From positions 1 to 54,719 of the forward strand of contig DAISKI010000001.1 of assembly GCA_036821065.1 (NCBI GenBank): DNA of 54,719 bases, written 5' to 3'. Below, piece by piece: positions 48,722-54,719 of this stretch. The position numbers and the translations under genes were made by a program. Numbering within the stretch: the stretch's first letter is position 1; each line of letters begins with the position of its first letter. The stretch comes from Polynucleobacter sp. Lineage in GTDB: Bacteria > Pseudomonadota > Gammaproteobacteria > Burkholderiales > Burkholderiaceae. The notes beneath the pieces are model-generated. The model had not been told where the DNA came from and made no database searches. It saw only the letters and a program-made list of their open reading frames with translations.

Positions 48722-49627
48722 CTATGCAGCCTGGCGAAGGGTTTCAATTGCAATGTGTCTTTCACCTCGCTCGAACCATGATGAAGGCAATAATCTCTCA
48801 GCCTCAAATGCGACTAATTTTTTCAGGGCCTTATCTCCTGAGCAACTTGGAATAGAAGCTACTGCTTTACCAACTAATAAATCAAAATGCTCAACAGCTC
48901 CATTCAATCCCAGCTCTTTTGCAGAACTGGGACGATGATGTTCCTGATCTTGCCCTGCAGGCTTTCCTAAAAATTGCGTATCCCCCAATACATCTCGTAT
49001 ATCGTCTGCAATTTGATATGCCTCACCAAGCCATTCACCTAAGCCCTTCCAAGTCTCAGCATCGGCTCCAGCAGCCTGTGCACCACTTGAGGTTGCAGCT
49101 GCAAACAAAGCACCAGTTTTAGCTCTTTGATAGTCGCCAAGATTCGCTTGTATCTCACACTCCCAAGACTGGCCAGCAATAATTCCAAATGGCGCCCCAA
49201 CACCTTGTGAAATGGTTTTGATGATTGGTGCCAAGCGCTGAGAAGATCTTCGCGAGGCAGCAGCCACTGTTTCATAGGCCATGACAATCAATGCATCACC
49301 TGTTAAGACTGCCAACCTTTCGCCATATTCTTTATGGACTGATGTCTGGCCTCGTCGCATATCTGCATTATCAAAACAAGGTAGATCATCATGTACTAAA
49401 GAAGCGCAGTGAATCATTTCAATGGCAATGGCACTAGCCATCGATAGTTGAGGATCATCATTTCCACAAGCTTGCGCCACAGCCAAAGTCAATTGAGGTC
49501 TAATTCGAGCGCCACCGGGAAAGATTGCATGTCTGATAGCCTTACTTAGCGAAGGTGGACCCTTTATGGACTCATGCGATTTCAAAGCCTGCTCTAACGC
49601 GCGATCGATATGCTTGATTGGTGACAT
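48722..49627 (-). CDS. crtE: Geranylgeranyl diphosphate synthase
   Basis: PGGARIRP, HCASLVHDDLPCFD and YQIADDIRD motifs. Confidence 0.95.
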   Translation of the reverse strand: MSPIKHIDRALEQALKSHESIKGPPSLSKAIRHAIFPGGARIRPQLTLAVAQACGNDDPQLSMASAIAIEMIHCASLVHDDLPCFDNADMRRGQTSVHKEYGERLAVLTGDALIVMAYETVAAASRRSSQRLAPIIKTISQGVGAPFGIIAGQSWECEIQANLGDYQRAKTGALFAAATSSGAQAAGADAETWKGLGEWLGEAYQIADDIRDVLGDTQFLGKPAGQDQEHHRPSSAKELGLNGAVEHFDLLVGKAVASIPSCSGDKALKKLVAFEAERLLPSSWFERGERHIAIETLRQAA

Positions 49628-49655
49628 GATCCTGCTCCCATGAAGGAAATTGCTT

Positions 49656-49699
49656 TGTCTAATTTAAAATACAATTTAATATGTAAAAAAATATAGACA
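49656..49699. promoter_or_regulatory. Tandem PpsR boxes in the divergent crtE/bchO promoter
   Basis: TGTCTAATTTAAAATACA (49656-49673) + 8 nt + TGTAAAAAAATATAGACA (49682-49699); both exact TGT-N12-ACA. Confidence 0.9.
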
Positions 49700-49766
49700 C
49701 TATTGATCAAGCTGTCAAACTTATTTATTCGGGTTTACCCTTAATTAGCATGAAGTTTTGGAGCAA

Positions 49767-50645
49767 ATGAAAAACATCCCCAAGCATTGGCCAAATCATT
49801 CTTTCAGCCAAGAAATCAAGACTGAGGATCTATCTTGGCATGTTCAAGTTGGAGGTAATTCGCCAAAACACATCCTGCTGCTTCATGGAACCGGCTCTTC
49901 AGCCCATACGTGGGGAGACATCTTTACAGAGTTAGCAAAAAAATACACTGTAATTGCGCCTGATTTACCAGGCCATGGCTTTACTACGAGTCTCAACAAA
50001 AAATCTTTTAGCCTAGATGAGCTTGCTGTCCAACTAACACTTTTAAAGGATGCTTTGAGTATTGAGTATTTCGATTACATTATTGGCCATTCAGCCGGTG
50101 CGACTCTTGGATTAAGTTACGCACTCGTTAATGAGCAACCCAAAAAAATCATCGGGCTCAACCCCTCCCTAATTAGCTTACCTAGCTTCTATCATCATTT
50201 TGTAGCTCCGCTATTAAATCCAATCGTCACCTCGTCATTTTTCACTGCCATTTTGAGCGACTTATTACCGCACACCAAGATCATTGATAGTCTTTTAGAT
50301 TCCACGAAAACAACTTTAAGCCAAGAAAAAAGGGCTCTGTATAAGACTTTGTTTAATAGCGCAGAGCATCTTAATGGCTCTATGAACTTCATGGCGGGAG
50401 CTGACATACCTAGTTTGCTAGAGAAATGCAAAGCAATTAAATCAAAACTAATCTTCATTCTCACTGAGGATGATGGTTGGATACCAATTAAAAATTTACG
50501 CGATGTGATCAGAAAATATTTTGATAATGCCAAAGTTATCGAGATGAAAGGCGGCCACTTATTTCACGAAGGCGATGAAGTGACGGCTCTTAACTTAATT
50601 CAGAATGCCCTAAATGATGAAGGAGGGATGAATGTCAACTCTTAG
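49767..50645 (+). CDS. bchO: Alpha/beta-hydrolase BchO
   Basis: LLHGTG, APDLPGHG, GHSAG nucleophile motif and GHLFHE; next to bchD/bchI; GGAG before ATG 49767. Confidence 0.9.
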   Translation: MKNIPKHWPNHSFSQEIKTEDLSWHVQVGGNSPKHILLLHGTGSSAHTWGDIFTELAKKYTVIAPDLPGHGFTTSLNKKSFSLDELAVQLTLLKDALSIEYFDYIIGHSAGATLGLSYALVNEQPKKIIGLNPSLISLPSFYHHFVAPLLNPIVTSSFFTAILSDLLPHTKIIDSLLDSTKTTLSQEKRALYKTLFNSAEHLNGSMNFMAGADIPSLLEKCKAIKSKLIFILTEDDGWIPIKNLRDVIRKYFDNAKVIEMKGGHLFHEGDEVTALNLIQNALNDEGGMNVNS

Positions 50646-50784
50646 TAACGTAATACTGCTTGTCTTTATTGCTACTGGTCTTGCGCTATTTTTAAATGCT
50701 TACTTCAAAGGCAAAAAGGTTCTCCGAAAAATTCGAGATAAATCCTATGCTAGAAACTTGCCAGCCGAACAGCCGCCTCTGTAA
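50632..50784 (+). CDS. Unannotated 50-aa single-TM protein
   Basis: AGGAGG 5 nt before ATG 50632; MSTLSNVILLVFIATGLALFLNAYFKGKKVLRKIRDKSYARNLPAEQPPL. Confidence 0.6.
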   Translation: MSTLSNVILLVFIATGLALFLNAYFKGKKVLRKIRDKSYARNLPAEQPPL

Positions 50785-52561
50785 TTTTTTTTCTTGACCC
50801 CGCATATGGCAGAGGAAAATATTGTGCTGCCATTGCGTTAGCCAACTCTTGGGCTAATTTTTCTGGCTGAGGTGAGGTATCTACAAATAAAATGCGATGA
50901 TTTTTCATGCGCAACTCTTTTGCAGTCGCAAGTGCATCATGGTGAGCCCCGACTCTACCACCGACGCCATTTAAATTTACATTCGCCTTACCATCCGTCA
51001 TGATCACAATGATTGGTGTTAATCCCTTACGCTCTAGTGAGATTGCCATTTCATTTGCAGACCGTAGTCCTGATGCAAGAGGAGTACCACCACCCCCGGG
51101 TAAAGTTGCTAAATTTCTTCTTGCCCTAACCAGTGATCTTGTCGGCGGTAAAACTATCTCTACCTTGGAGCCTCTCATCGATAGCATGGCTACTTCATCA
51201 CGCCGAATATAGCATTGGCCTAATAACTCCTCTAGAGCGCCCTTTGCTTCAGATAATCGTTGAGTTGCCGATGAACCCGAGGCATCAACCAAAAATATCG
51301 TGATCGTGCCTCGTCGTTTCAAATATTGCTTGGTATGCAAATCCTCAGCTCTGAAACGAATCTTACTTCCAATGCCTGACTTTATAGATACATCGCCATT
51401 CTGGATACGCAACCTTTGCCATGGAATAGCAGATCGAATACTTTTCAAGATATCGAGACGTTTACCATTACCGGGAGACCCTTTTCGTGCCCCATGAGGT
51501 CTACCGCTTAGATGGCTTTTCTCAATTGATCCTGATTTACCCGCAATACTCGCTTTAGTCTTAGTAGTCTTTAGAGACTGGTTCATCTGCAACATCAATT
51601 TTGGCGGCATCGAGGTCTTTACAGCCTCAACCACCAATTCCTCTAATTCATCATTAGGGGATGAGGGATCTTCATTCTGCAAATCAGAAGCTTCCGAATC
51701 TTTTGACGTTTCATTTTCTGAGTGATGTTGATCTTCCTCATTATTATCAACATCTCTTTCAGACTGACTGCTTGACTCTTCCTCAGGTAATGCCTGCATA
51801 CTCTTGAGATGGGCGTAGACAAGCCGCGCAGCATCAATTACCTCCTCTTGGCCCACTACAGTTAACCCCCTGAGCGCCGCTAGAGATTTAGCAGCCTCTA
51901 TTGCAAATTGATTGGCTCTTAAAGATGGAATTCCCAGGCTCAGGCCTGCTTTAACCAGCACCTCAACCAAATCTTGCGGGCAAGTTACAGATGGCATTAA
52001 GACTTTAGCAGCCTCAATATCAGACGGAGTAACTTCTAGCGACTGTTTGATATCGCCAATTGAAAAGCGATCGAGATAAATCGTAAAAGCTAGCCTATCT
52101 AATAAACGAAGATTGACGCCTTCTTCCTGGGGATCAGACTCATCAAAGACAACTACCCCAAAGTGACCATCCTTGACCGTATGGGGATGGTTGAATAGAT
52201 TCTTTTGATCTAAAGCCTGAGAAATATGAGTCATCGCCTGCAAATTCATTCTCTCGGCCATCGGCAAGAGAAGGTATTGCCCGCCCAGCTTTTCCAGAAG
52301 ACCCTGACTCACTCTGAATTTTCCAGATAAAAGGGCACTTTCAATATCTAATGAGCCAAATAATTGCTCGGGAGATAAATTTGCTGGGGCTTTAATGACT
52401 TTGCTATCTGAAGGTAAGAGGCTTTCAAAATAATGAAGCCAAGAATCTCTGACAGGACCAAACTGGCCCCTTATCGAAACCCCGTTTAATCCACGCGGGT
52501 TAATCGCCAAAAGAATGGCAACTAAGTTTGCATCAAACCAAGCTTGTTGTACTGGATTCAC
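50750..52561 (-). CDS. bchD: Magnesium chelatase subunit D
   Basis: Degenerate AAA N-terminus, acidic linker, VWA domain with DASGS MIDAS and GGGTPLA. Confidence 0.94.
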   Translation of the reverse strand: MNPVQQAWFDANLVAILLAINPRGLNGVSIRGQFGPVRDSWLHYFESLLPSDSKVIKAPANLSPEQLFGSLDIESALLSGKFRVSQGLLEKLGGQYLLLPMAERMNLQAMTHISQALDQKNLFNHPHTVKDGHFGVVVFDESDPQEEGVNLRLLDRLAFTIYLDRFSIGDIKQSLEVTPSDIEAAKVLMPSVTCPQDLVEVLVKAGLSLGIPSLRANQFAIEAAKSLAALRGLTVVGQEEVIDAARLVYAHLKSMQALPEEESSSQSERDVDNNEEDQHHSENETSKDSEASDLQNEDPSSPNDELEELVVEAVKTSMPPKLMLQMNQSLKTTKTKASIAGKSGSIEKSHLSGRPHGARKGSPGNGKRLDILKSIRSAIPWQRLRIQNGDVSIKSGIGSKIRFRAEDLHTKQYLKRRGTITIFLVDASGSSATQRLSEAKGALEELLGQCYIRRDEVAMLSMRGSKVEIVLPPTRSLVRARRNLATLPGGGGTPLASGLRSANEMAISLERKGLTPIIVIMTDGKANVNLNGVGGRVGAHHDALATAKELRMKNHRILFVDTSPQPEKLAQELANAMAAQYFPLPYAGSRKKITEAAVRLASF

Positions 52562-53592
52562 TTTTCAGCAGTAGCAAAAAATTCTTGCATGGCACGCTCA
52601 ATCCGAATGGTTGAATTGCTATCGTCAAGCGGATTGCGACGCAACCTATGGCCAAGGGCAATTGGTGCAATTTTTTTTAAGTGGTTTAGATTTGCTTTTT
52701 TCTTACCCTCAAAAGCAGCCAACGCTCTGATACCTCTCAGCAAGGTAAGCTCACCCCTTAAGCCATCAGTTCCAAGATGAGCACAAAGCTTAGTAGCAGC
52801 CTCAAGCAATTGATCTTCTACCTCTACTTTGTCCAGAAGCTTCTTTGATTTAATGATCTGCTTCTTAAAGTCTTCCTCTGACTCTTCCCACTTAGCAATA
52901 AATTTCTCTGGATTTCGCTCAAACTCATCACGCCTTTTAATAATCTCAATCCGCTCTTTGAAATCCGTTGGTGTTCTTACCTCTATTGATAATCCAAAAC
53001 GGTCAAGCATTTGCGGGCGCAGCTCCCCCTCTTCTGGGTTGCCGCTGCCAATAAGTACAAATCGAGCTGGATGTCGAATACTCAAGCCCTCACGTTCAAT
53101 AATATTTTCTCCTGAGGCAGCCACATCAATTAATAAATCCACTAAATGGTCTTCAAGTAAATTAACCTCATCGATATAGAGATAACCACGATTAGCCTTT
53201 GCAAGCAAACCAGGCTCAAAGGACTTGATGCCTTGGGTCAAAGCTTTCTCAATATCCAAAGCTCCAACAACCCTATCTTCTGTAGCCCCAAGCGGTAAAT
53301 CTACTACCGGGACAGAAATATTTTCAGACCTTAGTTTCTGCCCTTGACTCTTTTTGAGCTCACACTCAGGACAAAGGCTTTTTGCTTCCGGGTCACAATG
53401 ATAGTTACAGCCAACTACCGATTTCATTGATGGAAGCAAAGATGCTAGGGATCTAATAGTGGTGGACTTACCTGTTCCGCGATCCCCGAAGATAAGAACG
53501 CCACCTAATGAGGGATCAATCGTACAAAGGGCAATTGCTAGCTTCATTTCTGATTGCGCAACAATTGCAGTAAAGGGGAAGTTGATGGTCAT
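52558..53592 (-). CDS. bchI: Magnesium chelatase subunit I
   Basis: FPFTAIV, GDRGTGKST, LPLGATEDRV and YIDEVNLL motifs; start probably ATG 53592. Confidence 0.96.
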   Translation of the reverse strand: MTINFPFTAIVAQSEMKLAIALCTIDPSLGGVLIFGDRGTGKSTTIRSLASLLPSMKSVVGCNYHCDPEAKSLCPECELKKSQGQKLRSENISVPVVDLPLGATEDRVVGALDIEKALTQGIKSFEPGLLAKANRGYLYIDEVNLLEDHLVDLLIDVAASGENIIEREGLSIRHPARFVLIGSGNPEEGELRPQMLDRFGLSIEVRTPTDFKERIEIIKRRDEFERNPEKFIAKWEESEEDFKKQIIKSKKLLDKVEVEDQLLEAATKLCAHLGTDGLRGELTLLRGIRALAAFEGKKKANLNHLKKIAPIALGHRLRRNPLDDSNSTIRIERAMQEFFATAEK

Positions 53593-53681
53593 TGTTGTCT
53601 TACAAAAATCATTCAAATTAAAATATAGGTTAAATTTAGCTCAGTTTAACCAGATGTTAATAAGGCTTTAAGCAGATTGCC

Positions 53682-54659
53682 ATGTCGCAAACCCTGAGTT
53701 TTAACCCTCTCTCTCCAGTTTTGGCTGCCCCAAAGCGCCTAGTTATCGCCTCTCGCGAAAGTCGTCTGGCGATGTGGCAAGCCGAACATGTGCGAGATTG
53801 CCTCAAAAAACTCTACCCAGACTGCGATGTTCAGATTCTAGGAATGACCACACGGGGGGATCAGATTCTAGATCGAGCCCTCTCTAAGGTGGGCGGCAAA
53901 GGTCTTTTTGTTAAAGAGCTAGAGGCGGCCCTGGAAGATGGTCGCGCTGATCTAGCAGTGCATTCCTTAAAAGATGTGCCTATGATCATGCCCGAGGGAT
54001 TTGATCTAGCTTGCGTAATGGCAAGAGAGGATGCTAGAGATGCTTTTGTCTCGAATGATTACGCTAGCCTTGAGGATCTACCAAAGGGTGCAATAGTAGG
54101 AACTTCTAGCTTGCGCCGCGAGTCAGTATTGCGCGCTAAATTTCCTCACCTAGAAATTCAACCCCTACGTGGGAACTTAGATACCCGCATGAGTAAGCTC
54201 GATCGTGGTGAATATCAGGCCATTATTTTGGCGGCTGCTGGACTAAAGCGCCTAGGTTTAGAGAGTCGTATTCGAGCACTTCTCCCTTATGATCCATATA
54301 CACCTGCTGCTGGTCAAGGTGCGCTTGGGATCGAAACATTAAGTAAGCATCCCAACATAAGGCAATGGCTGTCTCCACTAAATGACTTGCCAACCTTATA
54401 TGCAGTATCTGCCGAGCGCATGGTTTCTCGCCAGCTCGGAGGGTCTTGCGAGGTACCTCTAGCGGCACATGCCGTATGGGACCAGAGCCAAATGCAAATT
54501 CGCTCTTTTGTAGCAAGCGTGGATGGCAAAGCCATTTGCTTGGCTAGCGGTAATGCAGTAGTTCAATCTGTAGCAGAGGCTGAAGCTCTCGGACTTTCCG
54601 TTGCAAAAGATTTGATAGCTCAAGGCGCAGCTGATTTGATCCCGCATGCGAATAAGTAA
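53682..54659 (+). CDS. hemC: Hydroxymethylbilane synthase (porphobilinogen deaminase)
   Basis: [35 protein letters not shown] and LGGSCEVP motifs. Confidence 0.97.
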   Translation: MSQTLSFNPLSPVLAAPKRLVIASRESRLAMWQAEHVRDCLKKLYPDCDVQILGMTTRGDQILDRALSKVGGKGLFVKELEAALEDGRADLAVHSLKDVPMIMPEGFDLACVMAREDARDAFVSNDYASLEDLPKGAIVGTSSLRRESVLRAKFPHLEIQPLRGNLDTRMSKLDRGEYQAIILAAAGLKRLGLESRIRALLPYDPYTPAAGQGALGIETLSKHPNIRQWLSPLNDLPTLYAVSAERMVSRQLGGSCEVPLAAHAVWDQSQMQIRSFVASVDGKAICLASGNAVVQSVAEAEALGLSVAKDLIAQGAADLIPHANK

Positions 54660-54682
54660 AGTCCACACTTAAAGTAATGCTC

Positions 54683-54719
54683 AAAAAACAAAACCCCCAC
54701 CATTACTGATGAGGGTTTG
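54683..54719 (-). terminator. Rho-independent terminator of a convergent gene beyond the window
   Basis: Minus strand AAACCCTCATCA-GTAA-TGGTGGGGGTTT with G-U pairs and a GNRA loop, followed by a T-rich tail. Confidence 0.75.

Noticed and set aside
51640..51790. Low-complexity acidic stretch in bchD
   Set aside because: Normal acidic linker between the AAA-like and VWA domains of BchD.

Overview
Almost the whole window (about 5.8-53.6 kb) is a complete type-II anoxygenic photosynthesis gene cluster (PGC). The host is a low-GC betaproteobacterium; the flanking HemC, MFS and CydAB proteins look Burkholderiales/Polynucleobacter-like (inference). Two long leftward superoperons are present: bchFNBHLM-lhaA-puhABC-bciE-like-acsF-puhE-ispH-bchG-pucC-like-bchP-tspO-hemA-dxs-bciB-aerR2, and crtE-crtF-bchCXYZ-pufB-orf73-pufALMC-crtI-crtB. 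There are also a rightward aerR-ppsR-crtA-crtD-crtC unit, a rightward bchO plus small-ORF unit, leftward bchID, and hemC at the right edge. The left flank holds an MHS-type MFS transporter (partial), a thiol dioxygenase, two tiny ORFs, cydAB and an amino-acid permease. acsF is present, but bchE, bchJ, LH2 pucBA, pufX and CO2-fixation genes were not seen, which fits an aerobic anoxygenic phototroph. pufA, pufB and several small ORFs absent from the ORF track were read by hand. Main leads: (1) a second quasi-palindromic motif at near helical-turn spacing upstream of the PpsR boxes in all four PpsR-box promoter regions; (2) a 73-aa membrane ORF between pufB and pufA; (3) an unannotated 50-aa single-TM ORF behind bchO; (4) a BciE homologue in a betaproteobacterial cluster; (5) two AerR/PpaA paralogues; (6) precursor-supply genes (GluTR-type hemA, dxs, ispH) inside the cluster; (7) a long crtD/crtC overlap.
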